From the human T2T-CHM13v2.0 reference genome, Homo sapiens, in NCBI RefSeq assembly GCF_009914755.1, contig NC_060935.1: DNA of 64,000 bases. One strand, 5' to 3'. Positions 17,752-32,047 of the stretch are shown here, in pieces. Made by a program: the position numbers and the translations under genes. Each line of letters opens with the position of its first letter. The first letter of the stretch is position 1. The notes beneath the pieces are model-generated. The model did no database searches. It saw only the letters and a list, made by a program, of their open reading frames with translations, and was not told where the DNA came from.

Positions 17752-18060
17752 GGCCGGGCACGGTGGCTCACGCCTGTAATCCCAACACTTGGGGAGCCCA
17801 AGGCGGGTGGATCACCTAAGGCCAGGAATTCAAGACCAGCCTGGCCAACATCATGAAACCCCATCTCTACTAGAAATATGAAAATTAGCTGGGTGTGGTG
17901 ACGGGCACCTGTAATCCCAGCTACTCAAGAGGCTGAGGCATAGGAATCGCTTGAACTCGGGAGGCGGAGGTTGCTGTGAGCCAAGATCGCGCCACTACAC
18001 TCCAGCCTGGGCGCCAGAGGGAGACTCTCTCTCAAAAAAAAAAAAAAAAAAAAAAAAAAA
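17752..18060 (+). mobile_element. Alu (AluS-like)
   Basis: Full dimer, long A tail. Confidence 0.94.
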
Positions 18061-19074
18061 GACATTTCTCTATTTCTCTACTTGTTATAAAAAGAATAAA
18101 CAATAGATGCTATCTAGCTATTCTCAATTAAGTTGTTAATGAAAAGTATTCAAGCTCAAAATTTAACAGGTTCATGTTCTCTGACCATATGCACATCCAT
18201 CCACAACAATATCATAGAGGACCTTCTCATTTTTTCCCATTATCAAAAAAGAATTCCCAAATCCACCCAAATGAAAGCAATTTTACATCTCTCTGATGTG
18301 AACAACTTGAGCAAACAAGATTCAGGGGAACCACTGGCCATTATTATTAGATTACCTCTTTAAGATATCTTCACTGCCAGTCTTCCTTCACCTTGCCATA
18401 CACTTGACTCCTTGGCAACTAGTTTAAGAGCAGACATCAATCCATGCGCACAAGCAGGTGTGCTGAGCAAAACACTAGCTATATACTCAGCCAGCCCATA
18501 TGGGTCTAACAGGTGGGCAGTCAGTCTGCTTGACAAGCCAATCAGATGCAGGCAAAAAGAAGACCCCAAACAGCTGACTTAGCTCATATGTGTAGTAATC
18601 ATTCATTCAACAAATATGCAAGGCACTAAATGCATATCTACATCTATGTACCGTATTCTATATCAAAACACTTTATTCAGTATTATAGGATAAAAAGTTC
18701 TTAAATCACAGTACTTACTGACTTAAAAATTTGATAAAAGGAATAAAATATACACTATTAAAGAAGCAAACATTTATTAATTTATATTTTGCTTTGATTC
18801 AGAAAAAGTTTATGGTAGCTTACATAAGTACAACTGGATAAAATGACTAAAGAAAAAGATTAGGAAGGTGATATTCTGAAAAGTGAGATATCAGTATACT
18901 AAAATGAGAACATTAACATTCTTAACATTTTCCCAGAGATGGCCAAATGTACAATGTAAAGAAAATAGTATACAATGAATTTAGAGGAAAAACAGATCTC
19001 ATACGACCAGGACAGTCAAGAAGGGGACAAAAACGGCACAAGAGTGCCTTTGTTGACAGTGAATGTTAATTCCA

Positions 19075-19328
19075 TTTTATTTTATTCTTAGAGATGGGGT
19101 CTCACTTTGTCACCCAGACTGCAGTGCAGTGCCATAATCATAGCTCATTGCAGCTTTAAATTCCTGGGCTCAAGCAATCCTCCTGACTCAGCCTCCCAAG
19201 TAGCTAGGACTACAGGTGCACACCACCCAGTAATTCTTTTTATTTTTATAAAGACAGGGTCTTGCTATGTTACCCAGGCTGGTCTCAAACTGTTGGGCTC
19301 AAGTGATCCTCCTGCCTCAGCCTCCAAG
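19075..19328 (-). mobile_element. Alu (AluJ-like), 5'-truncated
   Basis: Reverse Alu consensus. Confidence 0.88.
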
Positions 19329-19437
19329 AAAACAACAGTTTATGTTTTTACCTCCACAGGTAGTGTATATGATAATTTAAAAAAAAAAAAAAGCTATTCC
19401 AATATGCAAGGAAAGAAAAGTAAGTAAAATACTGACA

Positions 19438-19701
19438 ACTTTGGGAGGCTGAGGCAGGCAGATCACAAGGTCAGGAGTTTGAAACCAGCCTGACTAACAT
19501 GGTGAAACCCCGTCTCTACTAAAAATACAAAAAATTAGCCAGGCATGGTGGCGCACGCCTGTAGTCCCAGCTACTCAGGAGGCTGAGGCAGGAGAATCAC
19601 TTGAACCCTGGAGGCGAAGGCTGCAGTGAGCTGAGATCATGCCATTGCACTCCAGCATGGGCGAAAGAACAAGACTCCGTCTTAAAAAAAAAAAAAAAAA
19701 A
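19438..19701 (+). mobile_element. Alu, 5'-truncated
   Basis: Begins at CTTTGGGAGGC; TSD-like TGACAAC on both sides. Confidence 0.92.
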
Positions 19702-20789
19702 TTGACAACCGCTCTTGGAAAAATATCTGAAATTCCTCCTCTTAGCTATAATGGATTTGGGATGTAAAGAGAAACAAATATTTAAAATCTCAATTTCACT
19801 ATCATGAGAGTCAGGGACTTCAACCATGATCTCATAAAGAAAAAAAATGGCAGGACAAAGGTATGGCTTTCACCATTTCCTCAACCAACTTTATCACTCT
19901 AATGCCTCGAGAAAGCCCAGCTAGGGCCTGGCACACAGAGGTTTCATTTAATCTAGTGCTCTGCTCTTTCCACAACTCTAAGAGCACTGAAATTTTTAGA
20001 GCCACAGAATCATAAATCTATAGGAGTACAGATATATAAATTTTTGTTTACTATAAGTATGAAATTATTGATCATACAAATATAGAAACTTAGTCAAAAT
20101 CCCAAACTAATCCAAAAAGCTTAATCAAACTAAAAGTGTATAGTTAGACAATTATTTTTACTAAGTGACCCATTTTGAGTAAGTTAAGATAAAACTGACA
20201 AATACAGGTAGCCTCAAGAACAAAGGTATATAAAATCAAGGCAAATTCCAAATCCAATTCCAGATTTAAACAACTAATGAGAGTGTTTAGTTTTTACTTC
20301 AGAAGATGTATGAAAAATATAGTTTCACAAACACAAGGGAACCAAACTTGCCTAGAGTTTGACCATATTGTTTAAAATGTTAGAACAGTTCTGGAATCAT
20401 AGGTTTGAATCCAAAGTTTTAAAGCATTTTGTTTCTTATCAGTTGATATACTTCACTTGTAGGTCCATCTCTTCTTTATGCTAAGTTGTACTAACAGAAC
20501 AGACATTTTGTAATTAAGACATATATGTGTTTGCACTCCAACTACGGTTGTAAACTTAAATGTCTGACTTTTCTGAAACTCAACTTCAATTCTTTCTAAA
20601 AAAAATTTTTTTAATCTGTGATTCCTCTGAGCACAGGGCAATCATCAATGACAACTAAGTTTCAAATTCTAACTGCCCACTATTGAATTTAGATGGACAC
20701 CTGTTTGCATCAGTTTGAAGTGCAACATATTCATATGTCTTGTGAGATCTCTTTTCATTTTCATCTCTTTGTTTTTTGTGGCATTTTGT

Positions 20790-20933
20790 TTTCTTTTCTT
20801 TTCTTTTCTTTTTTGTTTTTTCAGTAGAGATGGGGTTTCACCAGGCTGGTCTCAAACTCCTGGCCTCAAGTGGTCTACCCACCTCAGCCTTCCAAAGTGC
20901 TGGGATTACAGGCGTGAGCCACTGCACCCAGCC
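20790..20933 (-). mobile_element. Alu monomer / left arm
   Basis: Reverse arm ending GAGCCACTGCACCCAGCC. Confidence 0.85.
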
Positions 20934-22356
20934 CATTTTCATTTGTTTTCTCCCTCTTCTAAACAACATTGCAGTAAATACTCTTATGACTACATTCTTG
21001 TTTTGACCTACTATTATTTCTATAAGACAAATTCTTAGAAATGAAAATCCTAAGTCAAAGAATATATACTTTCCAGGTTGTTGATACATTATTGAGACAT
21101 ACCATTACTAAATTATTTTCCATTGAAATCATGCCTACCTAGTCCCCAAATCCCAGAGCAACAGTGGGCATAATTTGTTTAATAAAGTTTTTCCATTATG
21201 GCAAGTAAAAAAGAATGTAGTTATAATTGCCATTTGTTTGATTGTGCATGATATGTAAGTAAGGTAAATATCTAATATTAGATATGTATATTAGATAGTT
21301 ATAATTTTTTTCATTGTTGCTAAAACTTTCTATCAGGTCACATTTAGCTCAAGGGCCTATTGCCCAACCTTAATTTTAGCAAGCTTATATAAAAGGGGAA
21401 AGTACAGTATGGAATAACACTGTTCTACTATTTCTGTCTTAAAAACGACTTCCTCAAACCTAATGTTGGGCAAGATAACATCTCCATTACTTATGCTCCA
21501 ATACAGAAGATGTGCACAGGAGACTTGACACAATACTGTGAATAATAAAATCTATCTGCAATTAGCTACACATTGTTAGAGTTTGTAAGTCAGATCAAGC
21601 CACTTGGGATTTGTTTGTTTTTTAACCACTTTCTTAGATATCCCTTTTAAAATCTTAAGTGCCTTTTAATGCACAGTTCTGTCATGAAGCCAAGAAATAA
21701 TAAAATAAGGGGAATATCAATTCTGTCTAATGCTGTCAGATTACTAAAACATTAATGATGAAGCATCATATTAAAGTGATGTATCTTATAAAAGTAACAT
21801 TAGATCCCATCAAATTATAACTGATTCATCTCTTCCTACCTTGCCCAAACCAAGCTGAAAGACAAAGTAGCTTTCAGGTTCAAGATTTTCTCTAACTTGT
21901 CCAATTTATTCAGACACTGCCAGGACCAGCTCCAAAGTGATTACCTGGTTTTTAATGAATGCATTTCTTACAGACTATTAATGTGCTTCCTGATGCCAGC
22001 ATCGCTGGAAGGGAATAACTAGCCCAATGAGATCATTAGTCATTGACACCAGATTATAGTAACATTAGGAAATGACGACGGGTTGCTTAGCTGCAGTTTT
22101 CCAAATGCTGCTAGGATAAAGAGAACTGACAGTAATCACCTCCACAGAGAATCACAGACTAAATCTATCCATTAAACAGTGTTCCTTCATCTTCTCAGCA
22201 AAGGAGCTCAGCTACAGAAGTTAACCTTCTTGGCAAACATTCTTTATCTATAGGAACTAGATTATAATATCACTATTCTATCTCCCTCAAAGTTCTTCCA
22301 CTCTAGTGGGTGGGGCGATAGCACGGAAACCTTCCTCTTCTCTGAGGTTTATGTCA

Positions 22357-22735
<379 letters not shown>

Positions 22736-22746
22736 AAAGTAATTTG

Positions 22747-22966
22747 AGCTGGGCACAGTGGCTCACGTCTATAGTCCCAGCTACTTGGGAGGCTGAGACA
22801 AGAGAATCACAAGCCCAGGAATTGGAGGCTGCAGTGAGCCATGATCACACCACTGAACTCCAGCCCGGGCAACAGAGCAAGACCCTGCCTCCAGGCCTCA
22901 AACGATTCTCCCACCTCGGCCTCCCAAAGTGCTAAAATTACAGGCATGAACCACTGTACCTGGCCT
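22747..22966. mobile_element. Chimeric Alu: forward arm fused to a reverse Alu 5' fragment
   Basis: ..AGAGCAAGACCCTGCCTCC | AGGCCTCAAACGATTCTCCCACCTCGGCCTCCCAAAGTGC..CCTGGCC; no A tail between. Confidence 0.8.
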
Positions 22967-23398
22967 AGGTCATTATTTCTTGCTTGAATGATTACAATAG
23001 TCTTCTAACAATTAATGAGTCTCCAATGAATACAATACTCTCCCTACCTTCAGTCCACCTTCTACATTGTCACATGAATTAACAAAAGCAAACTTGATTC
23101 TATCTGTCCACCTAAAAAAAGAAAAATCAGAAGTTCCCCATTATCTGCAGAAACAAATCCACACTCCTCAGCATCAAGTACAAAGCTCCTTCATTGTCTG
23201 GGCTCCACTGATTTATCCTTTCCCATTGCCTGCCACTTCTTCACACTGACATTGCGCTTTGGTCTTAAGAAACCATTTGCAGTTCCCTGAACTTGTATGC
23301 TTTTTCAAACCTGTCTTTTTATCTCACCCAAAATTCCTTTCCCCACTTTTAAAGTTTGCCATTTGAACATTGTAGTAAAATCTAGAAAACTTCTAGAC

Positions 23399-23615
23399 CA
23401 AGCTTGTCCAACCCAGCCTGTGGGCTACATGCGTCCCAGGACGGCTTTGAATGTGGCCCAACACAAATTCATAAACTTTCTTAAAACATTATCACACTTT
23501 TTTGCAATTTTTTTTTTTTAGCTCATCAGCTATTGTTAGTGTTAGTGTATTTTTATATGTGGCCCAACACAATTCTTCCAGTGTGGCCAGGGAAGCCAAA
23601 CAATTGGACACCCTT
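23399..23615. mobile_element. MER30 (hAT-Charlie MITE)
   Basis: CAAGCTTGTCCAACCC..TGTGGCCCAACACAAATTC..GGGAAGCCAAA..TTGGACACCC. Confidence 0.85.
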
Positions 23616-24509
23616 AAGGGACAGCCCTTAAGTAGGCTGAACTTAAGTTGCAAACATTGAGATAAAACATTAGTCTCCACCTGCCCAAAATACCAGCATC
23701 CGTCTTAGATCATTTTCCCAAACAGAAGCAAAATCTACTTGCTTATTTAAGTTACTTTCACTAAGGTCCATCTGGGCAATAGCTCCTCATTCTACACAAT
23801 AAGCCTGCATCTTAGTCCATTACAAGAAAAAAAAACCACATTCTGGAAAAAGAAAAAAACATTTCACAATATTGGCTTCATAATAAATACATTTTAACTT
23901 AAAACAGTATGAAGTAGAATTTTTAATATAATAAAATGCTTGTCACTAGCAGTTCTTTTATAGAGAACATGTAGGAGGAAGGCTTGTCATCTGACAATAT
24001 CTACCAGGTTAGCATTATGCAAGTATCTGAATTAATAAGCAGAAAGTAACAGTTACTGTCACCAAAAAGTCTGTATCCCTAAGTGAACTCTACTGTGAAA
24101 TGAGGTGGAAGTTGTGTTTTTCCTGTTCTAAAATCCAACATGCTCACATTCCTTACAGGTAGCCAGTACTGATGAAGTCCGGATTTGCCAGCAATGAAAA
24201 GCAGTCAGTGTTCTGCCTTAAGCATACACGCCGTGTCAAGTAAATGCTGCCTTTGTAGTTGCCAGAGCAATAGCCACCACCAATAACAACAAAAATGAGG
24301 TAGCTGAGAGAGAACAGTGTGCCTACCACAGTAACATCTCGTTTCCTATGATACTGATTTTTGCTACATTAAGTCTCTTGCAACGAATGATAAGAAATTC
24401 ACATTGACTTTATCAGATCTACACTACTCAGAATCTGACCGGGTTTACATAGAATTGACCAAGCTGCATGTGCCCAACTCTCACATACTTCTGTTCAAGA
24501 AGCCTTTAG

Positions 24510-24910
24510 TAAATAAGAACATAAAAGAAAAGCTTGACTCAGGCAGATCTGGTTTGGAATTCAAGCTCCAACACACTGGTTTTGCACTTTGGGCAATTTG
24601 CTTAACATCTTAAAGCACAATTTTTCTAGTATAAAATGAGGGTAATAAAAGTATGACCTGAAAGTACCTCATAAGGTTGTTCTCAGGATGAAATAAAAAA
24701 AAAAATATATTCAATGCTGGCTGGGAGCAGTGGCTCATGCCTGTAATCCTAGCACTTTGACGGGGCGGAGGCAGAAGGATCACTTGAGGCCAGGAGTTCA
24801 ACACAAGGTAGGCAACAAAGCGAGACCCCAACTCTATTTATTAAATATATATATTTATTCAATGCCATGCCAGGCACACAGTAAGCACTATATAAACATA
24901 AGCATACGTT
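24510..24910 (+). mobile_element. MIR interrupted by an Alu monomer (about 24719-24845)
   Basis: CTTTGGGCAATTTGCTTAAC..TATAAAATGAGGGTAATAA..ACCTCATAAGGTTGTT; FLAM with TATTCAATGC on both sides. Confidence 0.65.
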
Positions 24911-25414
24911 GTTGTTATGGTATTTCATTTTGCTGGTGTAGCTATTCTACTTGCTTTAGGTAGGGTCAACATCACAGAGGGTCATAAATTCCACACACAA
25001 AAAAGAAACAATTCAAGCTGAGAATTTAAAGTCGGAGCAACCTATTTATTGACAGACTACAGATGAGGAGTATAGATTGGTCCCCATTGCTGAACATTAT
25101 ACTTTAACGAGAAATGTTAAAACAAACAAACAAAAAACTCTGATTATCCATGTGCTACTGCTGCCTTCGTCTGAGCATCTATCTACAAAAATTATGGAGA
25201 ATATGGGGAAAAAAGCTAAGAAATTAAAGTATTTATTAAGTAACAGAATGCCACCATAAGATTCACATATATTAAAAATCCTCTCCAAATATCATCTGAT
25301 CATCCACTGATTAGAAACAAAGTTGACAGAATGCAACCCTGAATTTAACTTGTCTGAACTAAGACAGGACTGATCCTTAAGCACTGACAGGCAAGTTCAA
25401 TGAATCTACCTTTA

Positions 25415-25752
<338 letters not shown>

Positions 25753-26369
25753 TTAGACTATCCAAACAGGGACCCTGAAAATACTTGGGTAAGTGCATTT
25801 TGCTAATCAATTCTGACAAAAGATAATGGGGTGGAGGAAATAACATAGAGGCACTATTATTAAGACCTGACTCATTACTTTCCTTCAAATCTTACAAGGG
25901 AACAACCACAGAGTCACAGGAATACTTCTTCCCACCTGTCAATAACTTTACTCCAACCAACTCTTGTAAGATTCCTACCTCTTCTCCTCATCCCACCTTT
26001 GGCCAACTCTAGTCCAATTCCTGCTGGGCAATAAGAAAGGAAACAAGGTTAAAGCCTATGGGAAAACAAAGAGGTCCCAAAACCAAAGCTTTCTAATTAA
26101 AGCTTAATGTCGCATGATGTGAGCAATGAAAGGCATGTTAGATAAATCTAGTACGGCTACCTCAATTTAATTGGGAAGGAAATGGTAAATGTTGCCTAGT
26201 CTCATACAGCTAGTTAAGGGCACAGCCAGGCAGGATTAGAACTTAAAACCCCTATCTCCTAATCCAGTGTTTTTCCTACTATATCATTGAGATCAGTTTT
26301 TAAAAGACTGTATCAATGAACTCTTCTCCTTTTTTACTATATAATACTCAGAATATAAAAACAAAATGT

Positions 26370-26572
26370 GGGCTGGGCATGGTGGCTCACACCTGTAATC
26401 CCAGCACTTTGGGAGGCTGAGGCGGGCAGATCACCTGAGGTCAGGAGTTCGAGACCAGCCTGGCCAACCCAGGAGGCGAAGGCTGCAGTGAGCCGAGATC
26501 GCACCACTGCACTCTAGCCTGGTGACAGAGCGAGACCCCGTCTCAGAAAAAAAAAAAAAAAAAAAAAAAAAG
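26370..26572 (+). mobile_element. Alu with an internal deletion of about 110 bp
   Basis: CCAGCCTGGCCAAC joined directly to CCAGGAGGCGAAGGCTGCAG (AAC microhomology). Confidence 0.9.
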
Positions 26573-26574
26573 AT

Positions 26575-26644
26575 AAAAAAGATCTTCACAAACATTTTTA
26601 AATGGTAAAAGGAAAGCATGGAGGTGGGAGGTGTTTTTGCAAAT
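26575..26644 (+). repeat. 70-bp local direct duplication, copy 1 (copy 2 at 27874-27943)
   Basis: AAAAAAGATCTTCACAAACA..GGTGTTTTTGCAAAT, 3 mismatches between copies. Confidence 0.9.
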
Positions 26645-27723
26645 ACAGGACTATAAAGATCCCTGCAAGAGCCAGAACCTAAACGTTTCTTAGAAACAGA
26701 ACAGTGACTGGTTCACTGGGTCAGTAACCTTCAGACTCAGTAGAGATCAATGCACAGATTTTGAAGTCAGGCTCTCTTGGGTTTGAATCCAGTCATGTCA
26801 TTTAATAACTCTGGAACTTCAGGTATAACCACTCTCTTAATTTACTTATCTCTAAAATGGGATAATAACATCTGATTCATAGAATGAGAGTAATAAAAAT
26901 CTTACTTCTATTACTATCTTTTGCTGCTTTTGATAATATAAAGTATCACAAACCCAAAGGACATAATAGTTATATAAGCAGCAAGTCAAAATGACCCCAG
27001 GAAAGATGCTTCAGCAGAAAGAGGCAGGATATCCAGCATGTTAAACACTCCATTCAAGCAAAGGAAGACGAAGGCTGATCTACTGAAACTGACACCACTG
27101 CAGTTATTAGTGAATAGAAGAATCTCCACTGTAGGGCTAAAGTGAGGTGCTGGGAGAATGACCAAGAATACAGGAAGGAAGAATCATGATGCCACAGTAA
27201 AGGGAGGGAAGGGAAGGAAGGGGAACAGAAAGCAGAGGCCAACAAATAGTGTTCCTTGCTCAAACTAAACAGTTCTATACTTTCATTTAGAGTTAACTAC
27301 TAATAATTAAAAAGAAAAAAGCAGAGAACAAATGAGTTTGAATACACAGCCTTCCCCTGGTCTTTGGCACAGCAGGGTTAAGCATTCCTAAAGATCATAT
27401 AGTCTAAAATGGAATATCACAAAGACCTCTACCACAATACATTGAAATTGATTAAGTGAAAGGAAAGAAGGCTGCTCAATGGATGTTTCCTTATGGGCTA
27501 TGTAGCTTTGATCAAGAGGGGCAGAGATTCCATATCTACCCAACAGCAGAATGCAGGTAAGCTCAATGTCCAAGTGTTGTGATCAGGCTTGGGCCAGGAT
27601 TTATTCAAAGTCTCTCCAAAATACTCCACTTGGAGACTACTCAAAACAAAGGCTCCTTCTATTAAACAAGGAAGGGGTATGAGGAGTGAAAGTGCGAGGT
27701 GGTGAGGGAGATCAGAAACTTAA

Positions 27724-27880
27724 GCTGCTGCACACTGCGGCTCACACCTGTATTCCCAGCACTTTGGGAGGCAGAGGCGGGAGGAACCCTTTAGCCTAGG
27801 AGTTGCAAACCCAAACAAACAACACAGTGAGACCCTATCTCTGTGTTTAAAAAAAAAAGAAAGAAAGAAAGAAAAAAAAG
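27724..27880 (+). mobile_element. Alu monomer (FLAM-like), diverged
   Basis: GGCTCACACCTGTATTCCCAGCACTTTGGGAGG..GAGACCCTATCTCT, A-rich tail. Confidence 0.8.
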
Positions 27881-27943
27881 ATCTTCACAAACAATTTTAA
27901 ATGGTAAAAGGAAAGCATGGGGGTAGGAGGTGTTTTTGCAAAT
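27874..27943 (+). repeat. 70-bp local direct duplication, copy 2
   Basis: Matches 26575-26644. Confidence 0.9.
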
Positions 27944-28286
27944 CTAGGTATTTAGCTCAGGCTGTCTAAACTCACTTACCTAAGGATGGGATAACAAAAA
28001 TGCACACTGGCCATGCTGCTCTATTTTTCTCCCATAATGAAAATAGTAACTTTCACAGGAAAGCCCTTGGCCCAGATTAATCTTGTTATTAAATACTATT
28101 AATACACTTACCATAAAGGAAAATAAAGTGATTTGAAAATGATCCTAGCAAAGCCACCAATAACAGAGCAGCCAAATTAATCCAGGAATTGCAGACTTAA
28201 GCCTCAAAACTGGATTATCACCCTCAATTCACTACTATCCCATGGTGTTCCCTTTGGACATGCTCGTGCTTACAGCAACAGTTTTA

Positions 28287-28716
<430 letters not shown>

Positions 28717-29011
28717 TCATGATAGAGGTGAAGGAAGGGAGAGGAGGGGTGAGCACACAGGTGTACATGTGCCAATGCACACTCAATCACAAGCGTTTGT
28801 GTTATGTGTGTTGGGGGATCCTATACTCCATTTTATCTTTATAGCTGCCCCCTCAGGGACTCACAATTAATGTTATGGAGTGTCATACTAACTTTTAGAT
28901 TTAGATAATTTTTTTCTAGAAATTTGACATTAGATGAACTGTAAGAGTTCAGAATATGAGCTCACCCTTCTGTCAAGTTGTTCAATCTTCCTCATTAAAA
29001 AATGCACTGCC

Positions 29012-29284
29012 ACCCAGGTGTGCTGGCTCATGCCTGTAATCCCAACACTTTGGGAGGCTGAGGCGAGTAGATCACCTGAGGTCAGGAGTTGGAGACCAGC
29101 CTGGCCAACATGGTGAAACCCCATCTCTACTAAAAATACAAAAATTAGCTGGGCATAGTGATGTAATCCCAGCTACTCAGGAGGCTGAGGCAGGAGAATC
29201 GCTTGAACCCGGGTAGCAGAAGCTGCAGTAAACTGAGATCGCACCATGGCACTTCAGCCTGGGCAACAGAGAGAGACTCCATCT

Positions 29285-29315
<31 letters not shown>
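29012..29315 (+). mobile_element. Alu (AluS-like)
   Basis: Full dimer, long A tail. Confidence 0.93.
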
Positions 29316-29318
<3 letters not shown>

Positions 29319-29439
29319 GGAAGGAGTTAGACATATCAAAAGTCTAACTGAAGAAAAAGCCTAAAATTAACCATAAAATTTGGGTTCATTCCAAAACAAG
29401 TAGGCAATTTTGCCCTAAAGCCTAAATAATTGCCAAAGG

Positions 29440-29630
29440 AAAATAAACTAACATTTATATGCTATGCTAAGCACTTTCATCTGATTTAATCCCCACAAGA
29501 ACCCCAATAGATGGGTAATATTATTCCATTTCATAGCTGGGGAACCTGTGGCTTGGAAAAATTAAGTAACTTGCTCATTAAGCTAAAATTTGAACCTAGG
29601 ACTTCCTGACTCCAAACCCTATATACTCTT
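29440..29630 (-). mobile_element. MIR
   Basis: GCTAAGCACTTT..TTTAATCCCCACAAGAACCC..CCATTTCATAGCTGGGGAACCTGTGGCTT..TTAAGTAACTTGCTC..TTTGAACCTAGG. Confidence 0.65.
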
Positions 29631-30162
29631 TCTATTATAACCTTGCAAACTCACAAGTTTGTTAACATAAAGGCAAAAGAGAAAAGTCAAAACTCCTAAA
29701 CTACAAAAATATCAACTCGAATTCTGCATGGAGAAAAGTCAAACCCTCAATTCAATTAAGGACACAGGGTACTATATGTATATTTGATTAAAAGCTTTCT
29801 CTGCAGAAAATGAACTCTGGTTTCTTTTTAAAAATATTAATCTCAAACTCCAGAATTACCTCAAAATCCTTTTGGAAATGGGCTTAATTCTACGCAGTTA
29901 AGACAGAAAATAAGGAAGGCATTTGAAAAATGTTTGGTTAAATAATGAATAATCAAATCCAGCACAGAGTTATGGCTTCTGAATCAGAAAACTAAATTGC
30001 AAATAGCCTTGCATTTGGTAAAATTACTTTCCTGAAGCCTGTTGTGAGTCTGCAATTCTACCAAAAGTACAGAAACTAACCCAGAAATAAATTATTAAAA
30101 ATTAGACTAATTAAAATAGGAAAACATAGATAACAGTTGGTGATTTTAAGAAACTATGATGT

Positions 30163-30790
<628 letters not shown>

Positions 30791-30794
30791 GAAA

Positions 30795-31871
30795 CTCTGA
30801 CGCAAAAGTCAAGATTTATTGTTTAAAATATAACCAATTCATAAATACCATAAAAGGCACAATTACTTTATAGGCCACCAATCAAAGTACACTATTATTA
30901 TAGCATTCTCTAATGTATCAAATCAATATAAAACCTTTAAGAGATTCCCTACTTAATGATTAGTGAATCTTTATCACCTTCCTGAAAATTTTCTGAGTCT
31001 AAATTTTTAACCAACTAAATATTCAACTACTCCTCAAAAACATTTCTTTCAGATGCTTTGTTTTAATGCTGATAAGGTACTATTCTTGTTTACTGCCCAA
31101 CTTCTAGATTAACACTTACCAATCCCACAAAACCTTATCAACCTCCAAAGCCTACATTTTGAAGATGCATCTGGAAAAAAATATCTAAAAATTTAAAAAT
31201 AACACTAACGACAACATCTATTACCAGTTCATCCCCAAAGAAGCTGATTCTGGCTGCATGGAGAAAAGGGTCACATGATCATCAAGGGGACAGTGGGAAG
31301 TGGCTTCTTCCTGGGAAGCCCAGTACCCAAAAAGCCTCTCCCAGACAGGCTTCCCCTCTTCCTTATTCACAATGGGCCCTCCTTCATGAAGATGAGAGAG
31401 GGAAGGAAAGAAAGGGCAGCAAATTAAGGCTCCAATGCATTCAGAATTTACTCTTTCCCATTCTCCCATTCCAAATACCTATAGCACTTTCAGCATGAGT
31501 AATGAAGGTTTTAGAGATTCTTCTCTGCAAAACAATGGGTGGGGTGGGCAGAAAAGTGTGACTTCCCCAGTCCTGGAATAAAAGCTGTGACAGGTATCCC
31601 CCATGTGGAGAGCACCGATAAGCCAGGGAGGACTAGGATGCTGTGTTCTCATGGGTATTGGGGGTGACCAGTACAAGGCCTGCTGAGGGTACTCAAATCT
31701 GACTTTCCTTTTTTCTGTGCCTAAACCACCTACATCACCAGGGTTGTGTCAGTTTACTGTGGGACTCTTCTCTGCTGGCTTATCAGGCTGTATGGCCACC
31801 ATGCTCCCAGTCCCTGCCACCATGGCCTTGGTCCTCTTTAATTTTTCCTTTAAGTATTTAAGTGCTATTTC
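30795..31871 (-). other. Candidate alternative terminal exon (40-codon frame 31871-31749, poly(A) signal at 30815-30820)
   Basis: Acceptor TTTACTTTGACCTTCCTCCCCAG|G; phase-0 frame EIALKYLKEKLKRTKAMVAGTGSMVAIQPDKPAEKSPTVN*; AATAAA then a GU/U-rich tract. Confidence 0.25.
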
Positions 31872-32047
31872 CTGGGGAGGAAGGTCAAAGTAAATAACCC
31901 CACTTCATTAAAATGACTGAGTCTTAATTAAAGCGACTCAGTCCACCAAAAAATAATTTTTTAAAGAAAAAAATATATGTAAATAACATATGTATAAATG
32001 TACATATACATATACTTTAGATTGAGAAATGTCAGAGACAAAATGTA

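Noticed and set aside
31795-31893. Two in-frame GCCACCATG Kozak matches on the + strand opening a 30-codon ORF
   Set aside because: No promoter or splice context on this strand; short and plausibly chance.
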